Source of the DNA: Bilabrum cf. latius
Lineage: Eukaryota
Assembly (NCBI GenBank): GCA_965178125.1
Contig: OZ237754.1
Location: 496,001 to 560,000, forward strand
Direction: 5' to 3'
DNA length: 64,000 nucleotides
Shown here piece after piece: positions 49,498 through 62,422 of this stretch. Made by a program: the position numbers and the translations under genes. Numbering within the stretch: position 1 is the stretch's first letter; each line of letters starts with the position of its first letter. Under the pieces are notes generated by a model. It was not told where the DNA came from. It made no database searches and saw only the letters and a program-made list of their open reading frames with translations.

Positions 49498-52400
49498 ATG
49501 TTTAGTGGCTGCTCCCGCGCGCAGCAGCTTGAATATGAATGTATCTCATCCTCTCTTCACCCTTCTGGCCTATTTTGGGCAGCCTTGGGCAGAGAGCGCG
49601 TCAGCATCCGAACGATGCAGCCAGATCAGAAGATTGGGGGCATCAAGCTTGCACCTGGTTCGTTCTCCCTACCAAGTGGCGGTGAAGTGTTTTGGTCTGG
49701 CTCTGGACGGTGTTTAGCGTGCTTCCGAGGAGCAGGCCTGGAGCTGTTCGAGATAAGCCCGCTACCCGCCTCCTTCGCGAAAACGAGGCCAAGGCTTCAG
49801 GCGCCCAACTGGCTCAGTCCACCCGGTCTTCCCGCAGAATCTGAAGGATGCAGTTCAGTTCGTGATGACTCGTTTGACTGGAGTGCATTTGCTGATGCTT
49901 TCGGGGATCGCGAGGGATGCCTGGGCATACCAGCTGTCACTTTGCACGCAGTTTGGTCCCTGCGATCAGCAGAGTCCCAGCATGCCCTTCGTAGCATCCC
50001 ACAGATGAATGATTTGTTTAAAGGCACGCTAGACTGTTCGATAGTGGCCGTTGCCGCGTGCCCTATGGATGACGCACAAGCTGGCATGGTAGCGTCGACG
50101 GCTCGCCCACCTCACCCCAGCCTTGGCGTAGCAGTCCTTGTGTGCGAATCAGACTCACCCGGGGGCAACTAGATTCCAGCCGCTGTTGTGCTTGTAGGTT
50201 GGGGAGGCGACGTCAGCCTGATCTAGGTGACGAGGCTGCCCGCTTGCCTGCGACCCCAGCGAACGGAGGTCGAGCACTCAGGACTTTCGGACCTGCATCT
50301 GGCCTCAGCTAGAGAGTAGGAGCACTCCAGCCGAGTTGATATGGCGTGGGCTCCATCGCTGGGTGGATTTCTACTTCGCGTTCCTGGAGCTGGTGTGCTG
50401 CTGCTTGGTACCACCACCCTTGGGGAATCCAGCCGCACTGACAGAGAGCGGCAGCCGCATCCAATGACACTGCCAAGCGAGCGAAGCTTGCCACAGTCGG
50501 GTGGAGATAACGACGAAGAAACATATGCGGACGACGGAGAAGAAGATAGTGATGATGTCTCGCTTCCGCCTGATGGAGCAGGCGAGTCGCCTCAAAATTT
50601 CGGCGAGATTCCACCGAGCTTGGAGGCATCGGCAGGCGCGAACACTGAACATGCTCTTTCGCCTCAGAGCTTTTGCGATATTGTTGCGCGCATATCACGC
50701 GCCAGAGTTGTCCTATCAGAAGGCCATGTCTCGGCAATGCATGCGCCATAGCTGCATTCAGCGTCACTCTGCATGAAATGGCACGGCACCGGCAACCAGC
50801 TGCTGGTATCGCATGCGGATGGGTCTGTGACGGTGTGGAGCGTAGTTCTCGGCGATGTGCCTGCTAGCAATGAACCAGCACCACGCACCCCTGTGACAGT
50901 CCCTGTATTGAGGATCAGCCTGCAAGACGACGGCCATGCGCCGGAGGTGGTCGGGCCTGTCACCCTAATGCGTTGGTTGGGCACGGGTGGCTCGACAGCC
51001 AGGGCGGGAGGGACTGGAGCCACGCTTGCGGGTGGCCTGGCCGTTGGGTGGGCATGCGGAGCCACGAGAGTATATGGCAGCTCCGGTACAGTGCTGCTGC
51101 AAGAGGGCTTCTCACGAATCCAGGACGCGGAAATGCAAGAAGTGTTCGAGTTCAGTCGAAAGGCGAAGCGTGGGGCGGTAATGGGACGAGGAGCAGGAGC
51201 AGGAGCAGGAGCAAAGCCGGGTACTAGCGAGTCGAAGGAATCTCCGAGTCAACAAGACGTAGCGCCAGGGCTGTACGGCACCGTGCCCCCAGGCCCGGCA
51301 CCTGTCTCGGCACTGCTGTCATATCAGCCTTGGAACGGGGCTGGCAATGCTGAAGTGGCTGGGTCAGGCGGTATCTCATAGGTAGTGCAGAACTACGAGT
51401 CTGCGGGATCCAGGCAGGTTCTTCATGCGGCAGCTGGGAGGCTCGAGCTAACAATAGTATATGCTATGTGGCCGCAAATTGCGGGTTCAACACCTCCGCC
51501 CGATGACTCGATGGAGGGGCCAAAGGCTACTGCCAGTGCAGACGACCCTTAGACTAAAAGCGATTCAGGATAGGCTAGAATACATCGAGAGATTCCGTGC
51601 TTTACAAGACGGCATGGACTGATGCTACCCGCTGCAGGGATGTCGGCTGCTCTGCCCGGCGCGTTTGCGCACGCAACCAGAAGATGGGCGGTTGAGGCGA
51701 GTTGTCCGGTCGATACTGCTACACGCGGGTACGTATGTGGATCTGCCTGGAAACAGGCCAGGAAGCAGTCTGCCGAGTTTGACGCTCTCGTTGGGCGTGG
51801 ACTGTCCGGATCGATGCAGCTGCCAGCACTACTTCTCCCCGGCGGTGCTTGGCTGCCGCACGCGCGCGTTGGGGGCGGGGTCATCGGGGAGGCGAACGCC
51901 GCTCTCGGTTCTCACTAGTATTCATCCAGCGGCTCGACGGCGGATGCCGACTCTAGCATCCGATTTTGGATGCAGCGACAGGCGCACGACCCGCTCTACC
52001 TCTCTATGTGGGGGCATGTGCACTCTGTGGTGCCGGGCTAGGGAGGCGTTGGCACTTCCACAGACTCAGGCGTGCGAGAAGCAAGGCAGCATGGGTCCCC
52101 AGAGAGCCAGACATAGCCCGACTGGATGTGCGTCGGCAGGAGGGGGCTGGTAGCCAGCAGCACTCGAGACTCTGCAGCTGCGAAAAGCACCGCGTCGATT
52201 GGCTCTGCATCTGAAGCGGGAGCCATGCCTGACGAGGGCATGCCACGCGTTCACGCAGCGGTGGTGCTCAGCAACGGAACGCGTGTGGCCGCTTCGTCAA
52301 GAAGTAGGGATCGGGGCGAGCCGGGCCTGGGTCCCTTGCACGCGGCCGAGGCATGGCAGGACGCAGGGCTCAAGTTCGAGAGGCCGCCTTCTGCAGTCGT

Positions 52401-55400
52401 GACCAGGGGCGCATCATGGCAGGCAGTTGTGCAGCCATGGGGCAGTGCCGCAGTTGCAGGCGCTCTCGGCAGCCCGGGAGTCACGCTAAGGGAGGTCCGG
52501 TTGCTCTTCGGCGAAGACACAAAGCACGCCCTCTGGCACGGCGACGACAGGCTACGAACGGACGAGTCCGTTGCTGGAATATTGGATGGTATCCCGTTGT
52601 CTAGGCGCATGGCAGTCGACCAGGCGAAGGCAAGTGACGTGACCACTAGTCCGGATGCTGGTTTTGCTGGCCTGCGAATGGAAGCTTGGTCAGAGCTGCA
52701 CCCGCTCGTGAGGGCCATGTGTGACGCTCTGCAGAATCCAGCCACTGGCACTGCCACTGACATGACCACTGCAAGCCCTAGCACACCTGCGGCAGTTGGC
52801 AGGGCTGGTGCGGGTGCAGGTGTGTCGCAACGCGATTCCCGCTCGCTGCCAACGTCCTCGCACTAGTACCTGCAGGTGCTACCAAGCAGCGTCAAGGTGC
52901 CAGCATCAATACTCGTCGCAACGGGAGGCAAGCAAGAAGCTCCCATTCGGGGACTACGGACTACGAACATCCTGCCGATCCCGTCTGTAGCAGGCAGCCA
53001 GCGGCCGCCTGCCAAGTAGGAGCTCGGTCGGCTGATCGTGTGTGGCGTGCCTGCAGATGACCACGCGGCCGCGTGGTTTCACTCGCGACTGGAGACGGTG
53101 CACCATTCAAGCGCATTGGATCCATCTGATGGCAGTCGAGGCATATCAGGCGGTCTCGGTACCGGCCCTGCGGCCGCGCGGTGTGGCGCAGTCATGATGC
53201 TGTACAAGATACTTGCCGTCAATGGCGCGCCCAGCGATCCAGAGTCTAGCGATGGCGTGCCGAGGCTGGTTCGTGCCGTGATGCTTCCGCGAGAATTTGG
53301 CACCCCAGTCGATACTGTTGTGCTGCAGTCTGAATCAGTGGAGAAGGAGGCGCCGCGCCCTGCCACCTTCGGCCCGTTAACGCCCACCCCGGTCCGGACA
53401 GCCGGCGCAGGTGGTAGTGCAAGATCTGCTGCATCCTCGTCTGCTGGCTCTATCGTGGAGCATTGGCCGGTCATCGGCGTCAGATCTTAGTCAGGCGCAG
53501 TGGCGGTGGTCCGCTTCTCACGACGCTCGTTTGAGACAGTGTTTCACAGGGGCATCACGGGACTCTGGTCAGCCGACGTATCTGCTTGGACGGAAAGACC
53601 AGCGGCTACGCAGACAAGCGGATCGGATGCCCCACAAAGGAGCAAAGAGCATAGCACCGATAATGCTCGGGATGGTCGGGGTTGCGCATTTGCAGTCATG
53701 CTGCGAGGCCCAGGCCTGTCATGTGCCCAGGCGTAGCAGCCATCGCACGCGCAGCAATCGATTGCTTAGCCCAGCACGCAGAGGCTGCCAAACCCAGCTG
53801 ACCACCAGCAGTGCGCAGTGGCTGTAATTGCTGCTGGTGACGATTGCGCAGTTGCCTTACGGAGCGCATTGCCCGACGCGGGGCTGTCCTCGTGGCTTGG
53901 CTCAGAGTCGGTGCCGTGCGGCATGCACGCCGCATCGCTATCACTGCTGTCCCTCTCGAATGAATCGGAAGGCGGGGCCGACGAGAGGCGCATCCTCACT
54001 CGTCACACGAGAGGAGAGCTCATGCGCACGTCTTCGAATTCCCCCGACCTCGCAAGCTGCCCCCTGCTCCCCTCTCTCGCTCGGCAGGCTGTACTCACGG
54101 GACGGACAGGGCTGGCAGCACGGCTGCTCTCCACGGGGGCCCCTTGCATCGACCAGAGTCCTACGACGATGGCAACTAGGCGGAGATGCGCTGTTGCGCT
54201 TGGTGCCAGGGAAGCGCCGGCAGTCGTGCTGGATGGCGTACTGCAGGCTGCGAGCAGCAGGCTGAAGCAGGCATGGGACAGGCTGGAGCCAGCGGCGAGA
54301 ATTTCCCTCCAAGACATCGTGTGGGGGGAGCAAGGCCAGGTGATGGTGCCGATTGCATGGGAACGAACGTCTGGAGGTGGCACAAGTGGCACCGAGGGGG
54401 GTTCTGCTGGTGGGATCAAGACAGCTGTGCACATGGGCGTGGACGAGTTCCTGCACGGCAGCAGTGGCGATGGGCCTCTTTCTAGTGAAGGCGATGGACG
54501 AGCCGTGCATGAGACGACGAAAAAGTCTCCCGAAGGATCGCTGCGCGACGGTTCCGTGGCATGGGCGCAGGGTGCAAAGCAGATCCTAGATGGGGTTCTG
54601 GGTCTGTTGCAGCGCCGCAGCGACTACGTTGGCACGGTGGCCATGGTGGCGCGCGGCTCTGATTCGGCCACACTGCCGATCCTATTCCCGTTGGCAGGAC
54701 ACCCGGTGCAGCTGATCATGCGGGCCATTCGAGAAGGCAACCTGAGATCTGCAGCAATGCTGCTGTCGGTGGTGGAATCGTATGTATTCACGAGGCTGCA
54801 GCAGGGGCTGGATGCTGGGCAGGGCATAGGCGTACACGGCATGCCTCCTGGAACTCCTGGGACACGAGGCGCCGGAGCGAGCCGAGATAGGGGCCAAGTC
54901 ACAGCTGGTGGCATCTCTCCTGATCTCACGGCTGCTGCGGGGAGCGATCAGTTGAGGCGAGGCACTGGCTTGCTGGCCAGGGCAGAGGCTGGCCGCAAGC
55001 GAGCTGCTTCTGGGGCTCTCGCTTCGAAGTTAGGCGCGCAATCAGGGTCTTCTCTACCTTAGGACACCGATTCTAGCGGATCGAGCGGCGGCCTTCTATC
55101 CTACGTTGGTCTGGGTTGGCTGGCAGAAGGCTGGGTGGAGGCGGAGGAGAGCCATCGGGAGCAAGTGCACGGAGATGCGACTCCTAGCCCCGGCTCTGCA
55201 TCGGGCTCGCACTCCGCGAGCACAGATGAGTGGCGCGCGGTGCAGATGCGTCGCACGCGGCCTGTCAAATAGGGCACCGGCAGGGAGGCGGCAGAGTTGA
55301 CTGCGAGACACAGGCTGGCTGCAGTCAGTGCTGCGCTGACATGCCAATCAATGCTCGTGCGTGCCTGCCTCGCTAGGCGATCAGAGCTGCTGCAGCAGGC

Positions 55401-55695
55401 AGGCAAGATCCGCGAATCCATGAAAGTGCCTCGATCAGAATCCCATGAAGGCAATAAGCGCGAGGGTGGCGGCGTTAGCTCTGCCGATTCCGGCAGAGGA
55501 GACTCGCAAGCAACCGACGCTCTCGCAGACAGGGCACTCGTCGCACAAGCCATCCGCATGGGTGACTACGACGCAGCCGACAAGATCGCCAGGGCGAGGA
55601 AGCTACAGAAGGAGGCCACGGAGGTTGATAACCTGCGACTTGAAATGGAAGCGTACGGCATGCGACTGCGGGAGGCGTGCGGTCCGACCGCATGA
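49498..55695 (+). CDS. RIC1: RIC1-like (Rab6 GEF complex partner), ~2065 aa
   Basis: Nine fragments in one frame joined only by TAG (all gaps checked). The C-terminal block DYVGTVAMVARGSDSATLPILFPLAGHPVQLIMRAIREGNLRSAAMLL resembles the RIC1 domain, and the N-terminus is beta-propeller-like. TGA at 55693-55695. Confidence 0.65.
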
Positions 55696-55859
55696 AGCGG
55701 AGTCACCGGGGTTGGCTCCTGCAGCATTGGGCCAATAGACTGTCAGTCCCGTGGGCGGGGGTTGTCGACACATGTCTTGGATAAAGCTGCTGTAATGCCT
55801 TGTACCAGTGTTGTTTGAAACAAAGTGCGTGGGCCACACGAACCAAGCGGGAATCATTA

Positions 55860-57322
55860 TCACGAAATTACGCAGCCGGCACCACCGTCAGCATCGTCCG
55901 ACTCCTGGGCACCACCAACCGCAACGCTGGCACCTGCACCACCAGCCTCCGCGGGCTCGCCCGCAGTCCCAAACATGGAGCAGCATCCGGCATCATCTGT
56001 CTCGTCGTCCGCATCAGCTCTATCCACCAGCCGCAACCTCTCAGGAGGCACAACGCAGTGCGTGCCTGCGCCGATCACGACGCAATCCGCGAGATGAACT
56101 CCCCTGTCAGACTATCGGATGACCACGGCCTCAAGCCACGGCGAGGGGCCGTGCGTGGAAATACAGCGCAGCTCCACCTTATCTCCAGCTCTGTACGCGC
56201 CCACGTCGCCCACGCCGGCTGCATCGCCCGCCCCTCCTCTCAGGCTGGATGCAGCACCAGCCGCGCCCGGCGATGAATCGACTGCCCGTGCCGCCGATGG
56301 CAACACTATTTCTGAATCGTCCTCCAAGTCGATTTCGTGCCCGCCCCACGCCGCCGCGACTAGACCAGGGCAGGCTGCAACTCGCCTGGGGATGCGAGGC
56401 GCCCATCGAAGGCGAGATCTTGGAACCCACTCATTCCAGGAGCCCGGCCAGCTCATGTAGGACACATGGTACCTGGTTCCGTCTACTTCAGCACGTTTCG
56501 CAAGAACCACAGCGTCCCACCAAGCATTCCCCTCGTACCTGCGGTCGACCGAGAAGGAGTGAGACGACTGGCCACTTGCGTAAATTGAATGAATGGGCGG
56601 TAACACGGCGGCTTTGGCACTGAATTGCGGGCTCACGCTGTCATAAATCCCCCTGAAACTAGATTGAAATGCCCATTCCAAGCAACCTGCGGTGTTGGGC
56701 GACAGTATGTGCCAATCTGAAGCGATAGAGAGCCAGGTGCAACTGCAGATAGAAACCCGCATCTGCAGCTACGCGTGGACGCCCGGCCTCTGATAATGCG
56801 CCTCGCCCATTCCACTGTATAACTCACTTGTATGCGATCGTCAACCGATGGACTGCCAAGACGCTTCTTGTACAGGGCCTTGATTGACCGTGACCTAGAC
56901 CGAGGGGGATCCTTCTTGAACCTGCGATTATTGCTTACGCTCACAAGCAAGAGATTGATGGAATAATGCAGCATTCGATACGCGTTGTGTTTTAGAAGCC
57001 ATACATACCTTCTTTTGTACAGGTCCCGCCACACGCCATCATGCTCAGCCAGCTATCGACATCGTTTGTCGGTTCCCGCAAACCTGACAAGGTCCTTCAT
57101 GTTCAAGAATCGTAGAGTTGATAACTATATTTGCTTTGGTAGGGCAAAGAATACGCCATCTGCGCGAGCAAGCCGGCTGGCCGTCCGGAAGCTCTTCACA
57201 CTTTCCAACCTTGACAGGGGCGGTCTCGGTGGCGTCGCGGCAACGCTCGAAGCCTGTGTCTGTGGTGTCACCGAATCAACGACCTTTCGTCGTTCAGGCG
57301 TCACTGGCGGTGAGACTTCCAT
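55860..57322 (-). CDS. F-box protein with Tudor/Agenet/chromo-barrel-like domains; probable introns 57008-56922, 56827-56687, 56636-56539
   Basis: F-box: LPKQI[TAG]LSTLRFLNMKDLVRFAGTDKRCR[TAG]LAEHDGVWRDLY. Then DDRIQ|VAWNGHF...YEGNAWWDAVV...YHVSYMSWPGSWNEWVPRSRLRW and GDKVEL...PWLEAVV. Stop is TGA. Confidence 0.75.
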
Positions 57323-57434
57323 GCTTTCTGCTTTGAGAAGCGATTCTGGCGAAGGGTGGATTTTGGTCGCAAGTTCGTCAGCACACCAAGAATCGTAGCT
57401 TTGGAACAAAACTCTACTATAATCAACACTCAAA

Positions 57435-59249
57435 TCACTCTCCCGCCGCGTCTGACGCCGTGTTAACGAGATGTAAGAAATCGCCATAGCTGAGCGCGCC
57501 GTCGCCGGACCGGTCGAACGCCTCCACGAGCGCCTCCGATTCTGCCTCGCTCACCCTCACTCCTTCTCTCTCTAGACCCCACGCCAAATCATCGGAGTCC
57601 ACGCCAAGCTGTCCGTGCGTCTTCATCTTCTTATAGACGTCGTGGAAGCGGTGCGATTGCCGAGACAGCTCCTTCCCGATGCGAACGAGCAGCTCGTGAC
57701 CCGCCGGAGCACCTGCCCCGCCGGTCCTTCCAGGTCCGCGGGAAGCCCCGCCGCTCACGCCCGGTGCGACTGGCGCAGGTGCTGCCATCGCACCTGGCAC
57801 AGCAGCGGCAGCAGAAGACCCGCCCACCTCACGACGGCGCCTCGCCGCCGCCGCAGCTGCCATCCTCCTCGTGTGCGTCGACAACTGCCCAGGCCCTCCC
57901 CCTCCCACCTTCGCGGCTGCTGCGGCGTCCCTGCGGGTGGAAGGAATGGCCGTTTGTGGCCGCCCGTACGCGTCGGTCCCGGAGGCTGCTCCACCACCTC
58001 GAGCAAGTGCTCCAGCGCTGCTGGGGCGAGCGCCATAGTCCCCGGCACCCCCGTACCGCGCGCTGCTGGTGCCCGACTCTCCCCGCAGAAAGCGAGCCGT
58101 TTCGTCCATCGGGCGGCTCCCTGCGCCGCCGACAGCGGAACCTCCTCTGCGCGGCGCCCGCGATACGAGCTGCTGGAACTGAGCAAAGGAAAGCGCCCTC
58201 GGCGGCCCCGTGTCTCCTCTGCGCGCCGCCGCCCGCCTGCCCTTGGCCCCGCCCAGAGCCACGCACTTAGCGAGCTCGATGAGCACCGCAGGAGAGATGT
58301 CGTACCCGAAGCGAGCAAGGCCGCGGCGTAGGGCACCAAGCGCCATCGAGGAGCCGGACCCGCCGCCCACGGCGGCCCGCATGTCCAGCCATGCCTCTCT
58401 TGCCGAATCGAATTTGCGACCAACCCACGACCTCAGCCTGGCCCTGTGCTCCGCGCGGAGCATGGCCTGCGTCTTGTGCGGCTCGGGGATCGGGCGCACT
58501 CGGCGCGTGCGAGCGAGCCTCGGGTCATTCGCGCGGGACCAATCCTGCGGGATAGAAAGAAAACGAATTGATTCGATACATCTCGCTGGAAGAGGAATTC
58601 AGCCGCTGAGCATTGCAGCAGGCGACACGCAAAGAAGGTTTTGAAGCCTAAGGTGCCGCGTTGCAACGGTGCGACGCGACTGTGCAGACCCACTTACCGC
58701 ATGATCCAGTGCATCTACGAATTCATTTACGTCCACAGCACCGCTGCCATCTTCATCAAAAGCATCGAGAAGCACCTGCCCCTCATGTTCTGACAGGTAC
58801 ACCCCACAGTCAGCGACGCCTCTGCGAAGCTCCTCGCCATTGATCGTGCCCCTGTGAAGCCTGGTGAATTCTATGAATTGCTACGATGCTGAACCTCCTT
58901 CCTGATACAGTTTCTACGCAACCCGCCCCAGTATAGCCTCCACTGGAACGCCGTCATCTTGCACTCCGCCAACACCTCTGTCGGTAGCGGGACGCATCGG
59001 GGCCTCAACCGCAGCACTGCGCGCAGCTCGGGCCTATGCCTCGATTACTGCTTGGGCTGCGTGCTGATCAAGGGCAGCTGCTTCTCGGAGAATGGGAGTG
59101 AGTTGCGTTCGGATCCTGGCGACGATTCCAGCGCGATCGGAATCAGTCAAATGAAGAAGCTGGTCAAACCTCTTGCCAAGCATGGCTAGTTCAATCTCAA
59201 ACGATCCCGCTTCATCAGGCACTCTTGATGGAGACGCCATTGCGGCCAT
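57435..59249 (-). CDS. EF-hand calcium-binding protein; intron 58697-58545
   Basis: EF loops FDEDGSGAVDVNEF and FDRSGDGALSYGDF. In-frame TAG at 59034, 58914 and 58881. The GTAAGT..CAG intron removes an in-frame TGA. Stop is TGA at 57437-57435. Confidence 0.75.
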
Positions 59250-59360
59250 TTCGTCGCGCAAAGTTGAAACAGCCGTTTGCTGCAATATTTTGCGCGGCGC
59301 CACCCCGGGCCACTGGCAGCGGTTCCGTCACGGTCAGCGACAGGATGGTGACAGCCTGCT

Positions 59361-60764
59361 ATGATTCGGCGCCATGCCGCTACGCTAATCAGCAGCTTTG
59401 ATGAATCGGATTAGGATGTATCAAATTCAAGCGAGGACACTTCCAAGAGGCGATAGCGTAAGACTGCTTCGTCAAAGGACAGAGTCTGATTCGCACCAGA
59501 GCCAACATCAGTGTACAGTTATTTTTCTAGCTATCTCGCAGCCGAGTACTCCGTCCTGTCCTTTATTTTAATTGCAATTGTCGTACTAGCGGTACTTGTT
59601 GCTGGAACAAGATCTGTATTCGAGCACTTTGAGCTGTCGACTGGCTCCAGACTTGCGAGCGAGCACTTGCACTACAGCCCGAACGACCCGAGCCGAAGGG
59701 CAATCCCATTATTGATTCCCGTCTACGATCGTCCGGAAATGCTCTAGTAGGTGATCGATTCCGTGGAGTCTGCGCGGGGTAGCGCAGAGGTGCTCTACGT
59801 GTTCAGCCAGGACGGCAACAATTAGCAGGTGTCTGATACGATTGACAGCATCTAGCACAGGCCTGGTTCCCGCGTGATTCATCTGCGTCACATGTAGCCG
59901 CTCGCTCACATTCTGCCGATGTTTCGCGACGGAGATGCGGCCACGACGTCCCAGGTGTACTTCTTGCTCAGGTTCGCGTTCTCGTACCTGCAAGCTCGGG
60001 CGGCTATCGTCCTCGAATCTGATGTCGTTCTGGCCCCTGACGCCCTGTCATATTTCCAAGGGGTATTCGAATCTATTGATGGGAACGCTAGCACGCGTAG
60101 CAGGGTGATGGTGGTCAACGGAGCCAACGATCCTCACTTCGACGAGGCCTGGCCGGCAGCCTCCAAGGCAGGCGGGAGGTACGGAGACAGTCTCAGGGTG
60201 TACCCCGCGGGCTCAACTCAGTCAACGCACACTCTCGACGGCACATCAGAGCGGGACGGCCCGGAACTCACGCGGGGGGTTGCGGCTGCCGCCCGACCAA
60301 GACACGAGGTATTGGCTGGCGGTGGCGGCCGTCCTGATCCCGATCCCAACGGTGATGGGTTGCTGGCATTCGGCGATCCGAGGGGATTTCGTGGCGGTGG
60401 GTGGCTGTGCCCCGCCTGGTCATGGGACCTGCTGGAGAGCCGGTTCGCGGGTGTGATGGGGTGGCAATCCGTGGTGGAGCGGGTCAGGAGGACGGAGGGG
60501 CTGCTGGCGCTGTCGCCAATTCGCAGCAAGACTGCGCACCTGCCTGACGCTGAGAAGGCTGAGCATTGGCCATGGTGGGTTGGCCCGCTCACTGATCATT
60601 CTTTACGGGGAAATCGTGGCAGCGGCACAGCGGATGGGCATGGACATGGATTGCTGGATGTTGGGGTGCAGGAGAAGAGAGAGCAACCTAGTGGCGGAGG
60701 TCTTGGAGGTGCCGAAGTGATGTAGCCTTCGCGGGGATTCGGGTCTTCCGCTGCTGTGATTTGA
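59361..60764 (+). CDS. GnT-I/MGAT1-like (GT13/GT-A fold) type II membrane glycosyltransferase; probable intron 59458-59541
   Basis: N-terminal TM helix, then IPVYDRPEML[TAG][TAG]VIDSV, VFSQDG, IVLESDVVLAPDALSYF, VNGAND and FRGGGW. Reads through TAG at 60723 to TGA at 60762-60764. The first exon is tentative. Confidence 0.7.
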
Positions 60765-60923
60765 TACTGTTGCGTGCTGGGGTGGGGCGTCGTGCAATCG
60801 TAAGATTCAGTGTCTATGCAGGATACACAGAATCTATTCGGAGCCAGCTACTCTGGATCGGCAGCAAGCCGCAACGGCACACTCGCACAAATCCTCCAAC
60901 GCAAACATTGTAGACTGGTGGGC

Positions 60924-61253
60924 ATGCAAATTGGACCTATCTGTATTGGTGTGGCTCTTGTTGCTTGTATTGCACTGGGAGACGAGTCCTGCTCATTCGG
61001 GTGCGCGAACAGTTGCACCAACGGAGCATCTGCGCCGCGGTCATGCAAATGTCAGGACCCTTGGTACACCTGCAACGAAGAGCGCGGTGATTCAATAACC
61101 ATAGCAGGAATTACGTGCTACGAAGGAAAATGCGTTCCCAGCGGAGTGATGATTGCAAGCATCACAGTTGCGGTCCTGGTGGTGGTGGTCGGGGGTGTTG
61201 CGATTGCCTGGTACTTGTGCCGCAGCGGGTACTGCTCTGCAGGAAGAAAATAA
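60924..61253 (+). CDS. Small Cys-rich type I membrane protein (paralog 1)
   Basis: Signal peptide, 8-Cys ectodomain CSFGCANSC...CKCQDPWYTC...TCYEGKC and a TM helix. Stop is TAA. Confidence 0.75.
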   Translation: MQIGPICIGVALVACIALGDESCSFGCANSCTNGASAPRSCKCQDPWYTCNEERGDSITIAGITCYEGKCVPSGVMIASITVAVLVVVVGGVAIAWYLCRSGYCSAGRK

Positions 61254-61791
61254 ATGATACTAGCACTCATTTCTGACGATAGCGATGGGTATTTACGCTG
61301 CTAGACCATGAAGGAGAGCTTCTAGTTTCCAAGATCGAGCTTGGAATCTTACGTAGGTACTGGACTCGCCTGCCCAGCAAGGTCCAGGTCAAAGGACAGA
61401 TTGCAACGCCCAGTCAATATGGGAGCTGATGATGTAGTCTCATACAACGATTGGGTGCAAACTGTGTGTTGAAGCCGCAGACATTCTTTGTGGGTTTGCG
61501 ACGGCAAGGTCAGCGGGCCACTGGCGAACACTTGGATGCACCGCACCTACGACCTGACTGAAATGATAATGGCCATCAATTTTTGCTTGCCATACATGAC
61601 AAAATTTTACAAGTATGCACCACACAAATGGGGCGAACAGCTATTCGCAGCTACCGTTCGACCGATGCGTCAAGCACTTGCCCGCGACTCCGGGTCTGCG
61701 ATTGTTCCGACGTACATATGGCGATTAACTTCGCTGAGACCCCACAAATAAGGATTGATTGAAATCTTCATCTGATATAGACAATAGCAGC

Positions 61792-62133
61792 ATGTACATT
61801 CAACGAGTATTTATTATCGCAGTGCTCCTAGCCTGCCTAGCGTACGTGAAAGGCGACGAAGAGAGATGCAAGACTGGATGCAGCTACAGCTGCTCGAACG
61901 GAGCTTCAGTACCGCCAGAGTGCGACTGTCAGAAACCATGGTACACATGCGACGCAGATGGTGGCGATTCTGTCACGATCGATGGGGTTACCTGCAGTGA
62001 GGGTAGGTGCGTGGCCAGCTGGGCACTGATAGGGACCAGCATTGCTGCCGCGATCATGTTCATCGTGGGCGCGCTGACGATCGTGTACTGCTTTTGTAGT
62101 ACATTATTCTGCTGCTGTTCCAAGGAAGCATAA
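61792..62133 (+). CDS. Small Cys-rich type I membrane protein (paralog 2)
   Basis: Same cysteine spacing (CKTGCSYSC...CDCQKPWYTC...TCSEGRC), TM helix and Cys-rich tail. Stop is TAA. Confidence 0.8.
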   Translation: MYIQRVFIIAVLLACLAYVKGDEERCKTGCSYSCSNGASVPPECDCQKPWYTCDADGGDSVTIDGVTCSEGRCVASWALIGTSIAAAIMFIVGALTIVYCFCSTLFCCCSKEA

Positions 62134-62422
62134 CCTGCTCGGTGCGACTGGCTCGCTCAGGAGAGCAGACCCGCACAGCAACGCGGCGCAGCACGCCTCA
62201 ATGGAACGGGGCGAGGGTAACTCCGTGGAATGTGAATTGCTAGTCACATTTATCAGTCAATTATCTGCCACGTGCTACAGGTCTACGTAATGCGAATGCA
62301 CAGCCCTGATCCCTGGATTGAGTAGGCGAGGCAGATGCATCTGCATGCCCTGGCCCTGGCACATTGAGCTACACACGACTTATGATCCAGCTGGTTGGGC
62401 CTCTACCTGCATTGTTTTTTGA

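Noticed and set aside
61300-61751. Short ORFs between the two Cys-rich paralogs
   Set aside because: They are broken by TGA at 61470 and show no recognisable motif, so I cannot support a gene call.
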